Of a stretch of DNA of 64,000 nucleotides, positions 51,381 to 60,417 are shown piece after piece. The notes under the pieces are model-generated. The model worked only from the letters and a program-made list of their open reading frames with translations, made no database searches and had not been told where the DNA came from. This DNA is from Escherichia phage V18, in sequence record NC_041937.1; one strand, 5' to 3'. Every line of letters begins with the position of its first letter. Within the stretch, counting starts at the first letter, position 1. Position numbers and translations under genes: made by a program.

Positions 51381-51728
51381 TTATCGAAGAGATCCCAGCC
51401 TACCAATACAAGACTCTGCGTCAGCTTGCGCCCATTCCCAATCAGGATGCTCTTTAGCCCAAGCCTCCTCTTCAATCTCAAAACCAAGCATGTGTGCAAG
51501 TGCTTTAGCATCATCATACCACATATCGAAGAAACGACGCAAGTATTCTTCAAAACTAAGCTCCACAGTAACTTGGCGAAGTGCCTTAACAATATCGTCT
51601 GTTAACTGCTCAGGCTTAAGATCACTCTTCATCAAAAGAGATACAGGTCTGTTGTTAGCGCTATAGCCTTGCGCCTTATGGCACAGGGCAATCCCCTTCT
51701 CTTTAATAGTAATCGTTTTTTCAGACAT
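51381..51728 (-). CDS. head protein (decoration or scaffold-associated)
   Basis: 115-aa ORF between scaffold/protease-like and capsid genes. Confidence 0.4.
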   Translation of the reverse strand: MSEKTITIKEKGIALCHKAQGYSANNRPVSLLMKSDLKPEQLTDDIVKALRQVTVELSFEEYLRRFFDMWYDDAKALAHMLGFEIEEEAWAKEHPDWEWAQADAESCIGRLGSLR

Positions 51729-52159
51729 TATTCATTGCCCTCTTCTACAACACTGATCCCGAAGTTTACGTTGGTAATTTCACCAGTTTCTTCATCAACA
51801 TTACCTGTTGCCTGAATGCTTAGGCCACCAACAATGCCAGCCTTCTTAGCTTCCCATAATTCAGGATTATTGTATTTAACTTTAGCAACCCAAGAGCCAG
51901 CCTTGATGACCTGCTCAGTGCCAATTACTACAACATCAAACTCTTCTTGAATCCACGTCTTTTCAATAGTGAAAGCATCTGTAGAGGTCAAGTGAAAAAG
52001 GTTTTCAGAAACTAGGCCTGCGGCGTATGCTGCGTCCCAATTATCTTTAGCCTTTTTGATGGTGTCTTTACTCATCCACTCACCGTGAGCATCTTTAGTG
52101 TCAGGTTCGTAGATGATTTCGTAGGAAATCATTTCTTCCTGTGGCATCTTATTCCTCAT
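51728..52159 (-). CDS. head scaffolding or maturation protein
   Basis: Start moved to ATG 52159 (MRNKMPQ...) to avoid 88-nt overlap with portal. Confidence 0.4.
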   Translation of the reverse strand: MRNKMPQEEMISYEIIYEPDTKDAHGEWMSKDTIKKAKDNWDAAYAAGLVSENLFHLTSTDAFTIEKTWIQEEFDVVVIGTEQVIKAGSWVAKVKYNNPELWEAKKAGIVGGLSIQATGNVDEETGEITNVNFGISVVEEGNE

Positions 52160-52214
52160 GTGGATTATTTTATCACGCCAAAGGAGGTTTTGCAACCCCC
52201 TGTGTTGATAATTT

Positions 52215-53771
52215 TTAATTTTCCATGTTGGATATGGAATTATCTCTGGTTGATGACATCTTAGAAGTGCCGTTGCCAGTGGATCCTGCAGCCATTCCAT
52301 CACCAGCCCTACTAATGTCCTGGCCCAAGAGCTTCATCAGCTCTTCCTGATCCATGTCCTCGTCAAATCTTTCATCAAACCCGCCTACTTCAAGAATCTT
52401 ATTAATTACTGCAGGAGTTTTTGGCAAGTAACCTACAGCACCGATCCTCTGGACAAACTTGGAGAAGCTCTCCATATCCACTTCTTCAATCAGACCAGGT
52501 TTCAGTTTAGGCATATCATCATCTTCAAGGATGATACCATTCAATGCCAGAAGCTGTGGAATAAGATCTTTATTGAAGGCCTCAGTGATAATATCTATAT
52601 CACGCTGAACAAAATGACCATGGATAGACTGTTTTGACTCAGACAGAGAGAAGGATCCAACGTTATCGTTACCGAGGTTAATAAAGCCAGCACCGAAACG
52701 GTCAAGGATCGCCTTCTTACGGGCATCAATCAAATCTTTAGTGGAATACTGCTTACCCATACCGTCAACCCCCTTCAGGGTCATGGAGTAAAGCTCTTTA
52801 CCAGACTTATCTCTATCAGACGGAAGTATAAAGAAACTTTGCTCACCACTATGGGCGTTTGCTGCGTCAAGCATAAGGTCTGCAACCATTCTCCCTTCCA
52901 TTGAATTCGGGTCAATGCTGGCCTTGTTCAAAATATTGGAAGGAATTTTCAGCTCAAGCACACCACCAAGGTCTTTAGAACAGCCAACAACCTCAAGGTT
53001 TTCAATCAGAACTTTCTCACGGAAAGATCTGTAGCAACCTATCATCGGTGACACACCTGCAGGGTTAGATTCTGTTCCTGACAGGGTCATGAGCATAAGC
53101 TTTTTAGCAGGGATGAAAATTTCAGGCTCATTAAAGCCTTTTGAAGGCATTGCAGCAAGAGGTCCAGCCCAGCGTGCATTTTGAGTGTTTAGAAATGCAT
53201 TAGGTGATTGATAAATACCTGTCAGTGTTCTGCTATTCTTGTCAAAGACAAACGGCTCTGATCTGGACAAACTGGCCTGAGGTCGGAATGCAATTTTATC
53301 AATAAGAAGCATCCCGGCATATTTACCTTCTTTCTCTCTGCGGTATACTTTCTCAAACAGTGAAAAACCATACTCGTTAAAGGTAGCTGCGCTTCTTGCA
53401 ATATCTCGAAGAGTTTGTTGGTTTGCCAAATTACGCAAAGAATACTCTATAAGCTCGGCAGCTTTCTTAGAGTCTTCACTTTTAACATTATAAAGGATCT
53501 TAAAATCATTGAATGCTTTCGTGATGAAAACATATTTTGTATCTAAGGCAGTAGCAACTGTGGAATCACATTTCATAGTCTCCACTGTAGCAATCAGCTG
53601 AGGCCAACGCAATTCCTCAACCATCATAGATTGCGATTCTGCCATAATTTGGGAAAGTGCGCCAGAACCGATCTCACTCATACGAACATTATGAGTTGGT
53701 GCGCCTGCGTTCCCAGATTTATTCACAGTTTTGGCTGTGGCGTTGTGTTTCCTGCGGTTCTTTTTGGACAC
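52215..53771 (-). CDS. portal protein
   Basis: 518-aa ORF directly downstream of terminase large subunit. Confidence 0.6.
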   Translation of the reverse strand: MSKKNRRKHNATAKTVNKSGNAGAPTHNVRMSEIGSGALSQIMAESQSMMVEELRWPQLIATVETMKCDSTVATALDTKYVFITKAFNDFKILYNVKSEDSKKAAELIEYSLRNLANQQTLRDIARSAATFNEYGFSLFEKVYRREKEGKYAGMLLIDKIAFRPQASLSRSEPFVFDKNSRTLTGIYQSPNAFLNTQNARWAGPLAAMPSKGFNEPEIFIPAKKLMLMTLSGTESNPAGVSPMIGCYRSFREKVLIENLEVVGCSKDLGGVLELKIPSNILNKASIDPNSMEGRMVADLMLDAANAHSGEQSFFILPSDRDKSGKELYSMTLKGVDGMGKQYSTKDLIDARKKAILDRFGAGFINLGNDNVGSFSLSESKQSIHGHFVQRDIDIITEAFNKDLIPQLLALNGIILEDDDMPKLKPGLIEEVDMESFSKFVQRIGAVGYLPKTPAVINKILEVGGFDERFDEDMDQEELMKLLGQDISRAGDGMAAGSTGNGTSKMSSTRDNSISNMEN

Positions 53772-53873
53772 AAGCTTTACCCCTCAAAACAGTATAACAA
53801 AATAGCCCTCATGTTAGAGGGCTAGTATCTCCGATTACTCTATTCTACCACATCTAATTAAGATTGGCAACAC

Positions 53874-55429
53874 TTAGATAAAACGCTTGAACATAGAAGG
53901 TGATGAGATTGATGGAATCACACAAGGAAGTGCTACCTCCTCTTTCTCCAGGAAATTAATCGCAGAAGCTACACAGTCGGCCCAGTCGTCTTTTCTGTTA
54001 AATGTTGATCTTTCCCCGTTGAATTTTTCAAGTTCAGTCAGAAATGCTTCCAGAGTATCAGGATGGAAACTGGATTTTACAATCCTCACCATTCCTTGTT
54101 GGGCAAGATTGGCAAAAGGTGAGAACCTTGTCAGTTTAGATTTGTTGGAAGGCATTGGGTCTTCTTCAACCCTAAACCCTTCGGCAAGCAAGGATCTGGA
54201 GGAGGTTAAGAACTCACTCTTACCTGCCTGACCGGGGTCCACAGAGAATACGATTATACAATCATCACCATCAAACTGCGCCTGTTTCCTGATGATCACA
54301 TCTCGTTCACCAGCCTTTTTACAGAACTTGCCTTCCAGACCTGTGGAATACCTCCCGTCATCCACGTTCTCAGGACAATAATCCCCGGACAGGTAATAAA
54401 AGCCGTCGCTATCTTTACTTACCTTGACACTGGCGGTAAAGTCAGGAAATTTATTACCGGAAGTTCTCTCGGTTCCTGCTTTATCCCATGCCCTGCAAGA
54501 CACTGATCCAAGGGGTACTCTATCGGCATCACGAAGGAAAGATCTTTGAAAATAGTTTGCACCCTCAGGCTTTGCAAACCAGTTACCATGGAGAAGCTGA
54601 GCTTTTTCAAGCTCGGGCAGACCTTCAAGGAAAGCAAGGTATTCTGGGTTGTCTCTTAAGCAGACAGGATTATCGAAGATTGTTGCGCCTATAAACGAGA
54701 ATGACAACGGTCTCGGCTTGATCTCTACACCCAGTCCGTTAACCGTGGTGTATTTCTCTATCAACTCTTCTTTAGAGTCTCCCCAGATAAATTCACCGTC
54801 GCGTCGGATAAAATATCTTTTCTTACCGCATTTCTCCGGATCTGGATACCCTTCATCGTCCAACCACCACCTAACCAGTTTGGCAAGCATGTGTTCTGAA
54901 TCGGGGTTACAGCTGATAACCATTCTTGATGGATACTTTGACTGAGATCTCAGACGAGACATCAGATAGTCTATCTGCTCCCATTCGAACTGCGTGCCTC
55001 ATCGAAGCAAACCAAGCAAACCATGGTATACTCAAGCCCTTGATGGTTAAGCTTATCTTGTACATACTCCATGTGGCAGTATTTTACAACAGCTCCCTTT
55101 TTGCTTCTATCCCACTTGCCAGTGTTCGGATCAAACCGTGGAAAAATGAACTTATGATCCTTCTCTCTGAACTTTGGCTTAATGTTTTCAGGCAGATCAC
55201 TATAAATAGCTACTGCTTTAGGCCATAGTCCACCCTCACCTTCCAACTGTGGGGTTGTTCTTCGGAACATAACCACAGAGCTGTGGGGGTCATCAATAAT
55301 TTTAAGTGGCATCAATTGCAAGAGGAACGACTTGCCAGACCCTGCGGCACCGCCGATTACCAAAATATCTGCATCGTTTTCGAGGATCATCTTCTGCTTT
55401 TCAGAACACGGTCCGTAAATCTTAGACAT
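53874..55429 (-). CDS. terL: terminase large subunit, split by apparent frameshift at about 54975..54998
   Basis: N-terminal ORF 54971..55429 has Walker A GGAAGSGKS and Walker B LVCFDEA; C-terminal frame is open from 54998 (QFEWEQIDYLMSRL...) and continues in ORF 53874..54962. Confidence 0.7.
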
Positions 55430-55716
55430 TAACCTCTCTCCTTTGGAAACAGTGTTCTAATATAGTCTTGCAAAATGATCAATTTAGCTCTATCATTGCT
55501 ACAAGACAGATTATTATCCCTCATAATGCCAGAATTCACTGCATCTGGCGCACCTTTCTTCAAAGGCATAGCTTTAGCAGGTGGTTTCATGGCACCTTCC
55601 GGGGGTTTAACAATCAACCTTCCTACATCAGGAGGGTCAATCTTGTATTCTCTCTCAACGCTGGTTGCACACCCACATAATAACAAGCAAACAATAAACA
55701 GTGTAGCAACTCTCAT
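55429..55716 (-). CDS. o-spanin (Rz1-like outer-membrane lipoprotein)
   Basis: 95-aa ORF; signal sequence with lipobox-like LLLCGCA; Pro-rich mature region. Confidence 0.5.
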   Translation of the reverse strand: MRVATLFIVCLLLCGCATSVEREYKIDPPDVGRLIVKPPEGAMKPPAKAMPLKKGAPDAVNSGIMRDNNLSCSNDRAKLIILQDYIRTLFPKERG

Positions 55717-56111
55717 TGATCCTCCTGATTGATACTCTCATTATAAATATCTATAAGCTGATCAGGAAGTGTTGACTTCTTGCCTTCAGGTGACTGGAGG
55801 TAGATAATCTGCTTTTCTTTACCTGCCTTCTCAGCCATATTTAATTTATCCTGCAGATCAGAAAGGGATTTTTCAAGGTTTTTAACCTCCTCTGCGTGGC
55901 CCATTTTAATTTTGTCGGCCTGCTTTTGTTGCTGATCAAGGATCCGTTCCCACTTTAACTCTGTTGCTGACACACCCTCTTGGTAGGCTTCATTAAGCTT
56001 AGAGTTAAACCAATATACGGCCCCAAGATAAGCTGTACCTAGCGCAGCTGCAAAAACTAAACCTTTTATGATCCCTCTATACCTACTCAGCCATGTTAAA
56101 ACTGAAATCAT
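55713..56111 (-). CDS. i-spanin (Rz-like)
   Basis: 132-aa ORF; N-terminal transmembrane segment then coiled coil; ATGA overlap with o-spanin. Confidence 0.55.
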   Translation of the reverse strand: MISVLTWLSRYRGIIKGLVFAAALGTAYLGAVYWFNSKLNEAYQEGVSATELKWERILDQQQKQADKIKMGHAEEVKNLEKSLSDLQDKLNMAEKAGKEKQIIYLQSPEGKKSTLPDQLIDIYNESINQEDQ

Positions 56112-56119
56112 TTTAAGGC

Positions 56120-56155
56120 TCCAGAAACGAAAAAACCCCGCAGCTATACAGCTAA
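56120..56155 (-). terminator. rho-independent terminator
   Basis: Composite hairpin CCCCG...CGGGG then TTTTTT on minus strand, downstream of 56210..56485. Confidence 0.45.
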
Positions 56156-56209
56156 CGGGGCGGGTTAAAATTGAGTAACCTAAATAGATCGAAACTAACT
56201 AAAAGGAGA

Positions 56210-56485
56210 CTAATACTTATCGAGCACTCGGTGGATGATTCTAACAGTAACTGCATTTTCATTCATCAAGTATGCATCTACATCTCTGTAAATATAAAAC
56301 TTCTGCTCACTATCAACAACACAAGCTACTGCCCCTTCAGAGTTGTCTTCAAAAAAGACCACCACTGCATCGCAGCTGAGTTCATGATATGACTCTCGAA
56401 GATTTACAGCCAGAGGATTGAAATCGTCACGAAAATCTACAGTATGGGTTGGATTTACACGCTCTACAATTTTAAGTGTATACAT
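56210..56485 (-). CDS. hypothetical protein
   Basis: 91-aa ORF. Confidence 0.4.
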   Translation of the reverse strand: MYTLKIVERVNPTHTVDFRDDFNPLAVNLRESYHELSCDAVVVFFEDNSEGAVACVVDSEQKFYIYRDVDAYLMNENAVTVRIIHRVLDKY

Positions 56486-56531
56486 TTTAAAGGTTCCTTT
56501 TGTTTATATATGTTTAAAGTATAACTGAAAG

Positions 56532-56608
56532 TGGTCTCCACGGAGTGATTCGAACACTCGACCTCCTGATCCCAATGGTTTATCTCTACCAAGCTGAGCT
56601 ACGCGGAG
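56532..56608 (-). tRNA. tRNA-like gene, possible anticodon TGG (Pro), anticodon stem does not pair as read
   Basis: Good acceptor stem, TTCGAAT T-loop and encoded CCA; putative anticodon loop ATTGGGA but flanking stem unpaired. Confidence 0.45.
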
Positions 56609-56619
56609 TATTTATTATT

Positions 56620-56694
56620 TGGTGGCCCTGGGTGGAATTGAACCACCGTCTGGCGATTATGAGTCGCTTGCTTGAACCTTCCAGCTACAGGGCA
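56620..56694 (-). tRNA. tRNA-Met/Ile-like (anticodon CAT)
   Basis: T-arm GGTGG-TTCAATT-CCACC, anticodon loop CTCATAA, encoded CCA; position 1:72 mismatched. Confidence 0.55.
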
Positions 56695-56770
56695 TGGTGC
56701 TGATAGCAGGACTCGAACCTGCAACCTATTGATTACAAATCAATTGCACTACCAATTGTGCTACATCAGC
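56695..56770 (-). tRNA. tRNA-Thr (anticodon TGT)
   Basis: Clean cloverleaf: 7-bp acceptor, D-stem GCAC/GTGC, anticodon stem ATTGA/TCAAT with loop TTTGTAA, T-arm GCAGG-TTCGAGT-CCTGC, CCA encoded. Confidence 0.7.
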
Positions 56771-56775
56771 AAAAA

Positions 56776-56860
56776 GGTGCTAGGTGATGGAATCGAACCA
56801 CCTATGTATTCAACGACCAATAGATTTACAGTCTACACCGCTACCTCTACGGGATAACTC
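56776..56860 (-). tRNA. tRNA-like sequence, Tyr-like anticodon arm (GTA) with long variable region; no acceptor stem found
   Basis: Anticodon stem-loop GTAGA-CTGTAAA-TCTAT and T-arm with TTCGATT loop present; 5' and 3' ends do not pair. Confidence 0.3.
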
Positions 56861-56867
56861 CCCAATT

Positions 56868-56942
56868 TGGCACCCCGTACTGGACTCGAACCAGTGTCAA
56901 CGGCTTAGAAGGCCGCTGCTTTATCCACTAAGCTAACAGGGC
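56868..56942 (-). tRNA. tRNA-Arg (anticodon TCT)
   Basis: Acceptor GCCCTGT/ACGGGGT (with G-U pairs), anticodon stem GCGGC/GCCGT with loop CTTCTAA, T-arm ACTGG-TTCGAGT-CCAGT, CCA encoded. Confidence 0.65.
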
Positions 56943-57038
56943 ACTGGGTGGCTTTCTTTTACACCTTAGCCGCCAGAAAAGGTGGGAGACCATGTTTACA
57001 ATATTACACTGTTAAGCAAAGTTTGTCAAGAAAATATT

Positions 57039-57377
57039 TTAGCTATTGCTAACAGGTTGTATTTCTGTGGTAAATGGCATAAAAGGTGCTGGTTTTTCAG
57101 CCTCTTCTACTACCACCTCTTCCTCTTCACCAAACATCTCATCATATTCTTCCTGCATTCGGTCTGCCTTATCAAGAACATACTCTGCAATGCTTTGACG
57201 AATATTTTGTTTGGTTTTCGGGTCCAACATCAGCTCTCTTAAAACTTTGTGAGCTTCTGGAACCATCGCTATAAAAGATTCCTTCATATCAAGGATGTTC
57301 TTCTCTAGCTGAATGGCGTTGGACTCCTCTTTCAGAGGTCTGCCTCTACGGCGACGCTTTTTAGTTGTATCCGCCAT
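57039..57377 (-). CDS. AT-hook-like DNA-binding protein
   Basis: Start moved to ATG 57377 with GGAGGA RBS; N-terminus MADTTKKRRRRGRPLKE contains an RGRP AT-hook-like motif; acidic C-terminus. Confidence 0.4.
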   Translation of the reverse strand: MADTTKKRRRRGRPLKEESNAIQLEKNILDMKESFIAMVPEAHKVLRELMLDPKTKQNIRQSIAEYVLDKADRMQEEYDEMFGEEEEVVVEEAEKPAPFMPFTTEIQPVSNS

Positions 57378-57721
57378 GTTTCCTCCATTATCACGTGATA
57401 GGTGGATTTTATCACAGCAAATACTGATTGTCAAGTTCGCCGCAGGGGTGTATTCCCTGCGACTTGCCCAGCGTCCTGGACCAGCAAGACCCAACAAGTG
57501 GGTTACCAGAGCACATTACCGCGCTTTGGCTCGACCTTATTACAGGTTGGCTGGGGTCACATCGTCATGTGCTGGCTGCCCCTACCATTTTAAGTGTGGT
57601 GCACTATCAAGCCCTCTAAGGGGAACTCAGTCTTCTCCGAACCCTGTTTCAAAACATCCGGAGATAAAGCCATCAAATTCATCTTTAAATCGGATATTCA
57701 TCATGATACACGAAAACAACC

Positions 57722-57964
57722 TCATTGTAAAGCACAAATAAATAAAACATACTTAATTTGTTTGTTATCAGGCTCAGGGTAGAAGTAGAAGATCTTGCTA
57801 TCACCGATCTGAACACCACCATCCCAACAGCATAGCCCATAACCCGTATTCATACAAGCTAAGTCGTTGGCAAAATCTATTGCATCATCCAGTGCACGAA
57901 ATTCACCTTCATCTTCTAAATAATCCTCATTCATGGAACGAAAAACGAGCTTAACCTTAAACAT
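57722..57964 (-). CDS. hypothetical protein
   Basis: 80-aa ORF. Confidence 0.3.
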   Translation of the reverse strand: MFKVKLVFRSMNEDYLEDEGEFRALDDAIDFANDLACMNTGYGLCCWDGGVQIGDSKIFYFYPEPDNKQIKYVLFICALQ

Positions 57965-58240
57965 AGCATTACCTGTAGACCTCGTAAGTTAAAATTGTAT
58001 CACATCATATTGCAGATCTTATCAGGTAACATTATTTTTGTCAACAGATTCCGGCCTTATCCCCTCCTGTCTGCATATTCTTTAATCGCAACCTCATCTG
58101 CATTGGCGACTAAATCTTCAAAGTAACTCTCAAGCTCCTCGTCAATGTCAGGAAACCAACTCTTTTTCCTGTCAGTGTGAATCGCAGACTTGTTGAACTT
58201 ATTACAGTTCTTTGCTACCGGATTGTTCATTAATCACCCC

Positions 58241-58819
58241 TCAGCGTTCATAATAAATCTTATTTAACATTACCTCATCCTTTGCAGAGAGAATACCGAG
58301 ATATGCATCACCGAACCTACCTGCAACAACCTCTACATGATACATCACTTCGTTAATATCGTCAAGAGTGATAACTGGATGACCGTATCTCTCTGAGTAT
58401 TGTCTCAGAGTGCGATGTAGGGAATCATCATCGTAGGCAGACTTTTTAATATCACAAACACGACGAATAGCCTTGATGTCGAAAAACCCTGTGCGATACC
58501 AACCAAGAAAAAGGTTTCGTACAGTGTCAACACCTACATCAACACCGTCAAGAACCTTATCTACAAGATAACTGTCATCCTTTGGACCTGCTTCCTTAGT
58601 GCGAATGTAGTTGCCATCTTTTCCAGGTGACATCTCCTTCTCATCACCAACCTGAATACCATCATTTGGTGGTGTTAACCACTTATCCGGATGCTTACGA
58701 TCACGAGCGTTAGAATGATTACGCTGGAAACCTGGCTTCCACTTGAAAGTTTTCTCCATCTGTTCTTCATTCTGATAACGTTTTGCAATCTTTTCACGGT
58801 CATCTTTGCGTGGACTCAT
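58241..58819 (-). CDS. hypothetical protein
   Basis: 192-aa ORF. Confidence 0.45.
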   Translation of the reverse strand: MSPRKDDREKIAKRYQNEEQMEKTFKWKPGFQRNHSNARDRKHPDKWLTPPNDGIQVGDEKEMSPGKDGNYIRTKEAGPKDDSYLVDKVLDGVDVGVDTVRNLFLGWYRTGFFDIKAIRRVCDIKKSAYDDDSLHRTLRQYSERYGHPVITLDDINEVMYHVEVVAGRFGDAYLGILSAKDEVMLNKIYYER

Positions 58820-58924
58820 AGCTGCCTCCTCTTCAAGTTATAGAAAAACTCACTGTATCGCTTTGTAACGAGCTTTTCTATCAAACTGGTGCGATTGCCT
58901 TACCTGGTATAGTTTATATAGCTG

Positions 58925-59190
58925 TGGAGCGATTTAGGGGCCTTCTTGTCCGTTTCCACACATAAACTTCATCCAAGCTCGCGCGGGAGACTCTCAACCG
59001 ACTCCTTACGGCGCTGGCAAGCTTTCGTCGGTGGTCCACATCAGTGCTCGGCCTTTGGCCTGCGCTATCGCTTCGCTCCCACACATGTTAACAGACCTGC
59101 ATGTATGCACTTCTGTTATTGTGTGCACCCGGGAGGCCCGGCATCTCGCCCCTCGTAGCGAGTGCCAATGAAGGGCCGACACTACCCGTA
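58925..59190. other. GC-rich non-coding island, possible structured RNA or origin-associated element
   Basis: About 260 bp visibly richer in G+C than flanking DNA; several short hairpins (CCGGG-AGG-CCCGG, CTCGC-n8-GCGAG); only ORF is a low-complexity 70-aa frame without RBS. Confidence 0.3.
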
Positions 59191-59320
59191 GTAAGTAATA
59201 AATTTAAAACATAGTACTTAGGATCTAGTATATTCTACATAAGTTAAGTATATGTACTTAGTACCATAAGTACTAGATCTTTTATTTTTTATTATTTAGT
59301 TATTTTAGTTATATTCTTTA

Positions 59321-59383
59321 TGTGTCCGTATCACGGACAGTTAGTGTCCGTATGACGGACAGTAGTGTCCGTATCACGGACAG
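59321..59383. repeat. three tandem 21-bp repeats, each containing the palindrome GTCCGT-ATC/ATG-ACGGAC (iteron/operator array)
   Basis: Units at about 59323, 59344 and 59365, read directly from sequence; AT-rich region with inverted repeats GATCTAGTA/TACTAGATC (59222..59279) lies just upstream. Confidence 0.6.
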
Positions 59384-59457
59384 TTACTAACCTCTGTTCC
59401 ATAGCGAACATAAAACATACGAATCCTTATAGTACAGATATTTAAGTTTTTACTGGT

Positions 59458-59808
59458 CTAACCAGTTGTTGACATTCGAATAACTTCTTCTGGTGGCAAA
59501 ACTTTGGAAAATGTGCATCTTTTACCTCTCCCTTGTGTGGATATTTCAACCACTCCTGCACATTCTAAAGTTTTAACGCACGCTGCTGCTTTTGTTTTCT
59601 TTATCCCAATATCTGCTGCAATTTTCCTTGTGCTGGGCGTGAAGCGTGAATTTCCTCCAAGCTTATACCAGTTGTGCAGGTAGCAGTATACGATCTTGTC
59701 ATATAAGTCAAGAACAACAACCTCACCAGTTGTGTCATTCAAAACTTTTGACATAGACAGTATTTCAAGGGGGACTTTAAGATATAGCAGCTTATCCCCA
59801 TCTTTCAT
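59458..59808 (-). CDS. winged-helix/HTH DNA-binding protein
   Basis: 116-aa ORF; STRKIAADIGIKKTKAAACVKTLECAGVVEI resembles wHTH recognition region. Confidence 0.45.
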   Translation of the reverse strand: MKDGDKLLYLKVPLEILSMSKVLNDTTGEVVVLDLYDKIVYCYLHNWYKLGGNSRFTPSTRKIAADIGIKKTKAAACVKTLECAGVVEISTQGRGKRCTFSKVLPPEEVIRMSTTG

Positions 59809-59855
59809 ATCTCCTGATTCTCCTTGTGTGGCAATTTTCTTTAAAATAGCAGGGA

Positions 59856-60410
59856 TTACTCCCCGCTGTCAATAGCAAGACTCATTGCAATACGGTATGC
59901 CTCTTCTAATGGTAAGAGTCTCCCCCACACATCCCAACCGACATCAAACTGCCTGCCAAACAACTGCTGTGTGGTTCCGTGAGCATGACCGAACAGTTGG
60001 ACCGATCCGTGAGGCTTTCTGTTCCACTTTGCAAACTGGTAATGGCTCATACAGATCAAATTCTTGTTGTGGCGAAGCTCGTAATAATCTACAACCTCAT
60101 GACCGAACTCTTTCATAATTCTGACAGTCGTCCTTGTGTCATGGTTACCACGAACAAGAATAATATGTCCGTTCAACATATTTAGAACATCTGGGAGCAA
60201 TTTGTTAATATTCTTATCATTAGTGCACGCAATATCTCCTAAGTGAAACACAGTGTCTGCAGGTGACACAACAGAGTTCCACTTGGTGATGATCCCCGCA
60301 TTCATACTGTCAAGATTGTGATCATACTGAGATCTGTGTTTTTGACATGAGTCAAACTCCATGACCCGCTGGTGGAGAAAGTGTGTGTCGCTTGTTACAA
60401 AGTATTTCAT
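59856..60410 (-). CDS. calcineurin-like metallophosphoesterase (RNA-repair-type phosphatase candidate)
   Basis: Start moved to ATG 60410 with GAGGA RBS; motifs DTHF, GDI and GNHD in canonical order. Confidence 0.6.
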   Translation of the reverse strand: MKYFVTSDTHFLHQRVMEFDSCQKHRSQYDHNLDSMNAGIITKWNSVVSPADTVFHLGDIACTNDKNINKLLPDVLNMLNGHIILVRGNHDTRTTVRIMKEFGHEVVDYYELRHNKNLICMSHYQFAKWNRKPHGSVQLFGHAHGTTQQLFGRQFDVGWDVWGRLLPLEEAYRIAMSLAIDSGE

Positions 60411-60417
60411 ACATTCC

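Noticed and set aside
56532-56942. tRNA genes as integration (att) sites with a nearby integrase
   Set aside because: No integrase or recombinase-like ORF was recognised in the window, and the tRNAs form a phage-type cluster inside the genome.
58946-59158. 70-aa plus-strand ORF in the GC-rich island
   Set aside because: Arg/Pro/Ser-rich low-complexity translation typical of GC-rich non-coding DNA, with no RBS; treated as non-coding.
58925-59190. Group I intron or retron non-coding RNA in the GC-rich island
   Set aside because: No homing endonuclease or reverse transcriptase gene is adjacent and I could not recognise conserved intron core elements by eye; kept only as an unexplained GC-rich element.
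59321-59383. Possible CRISPR array
   Set aside because: Only three directly abutting palindromic units with no spacers and no cas genes; it fits an iteron/operator array better.
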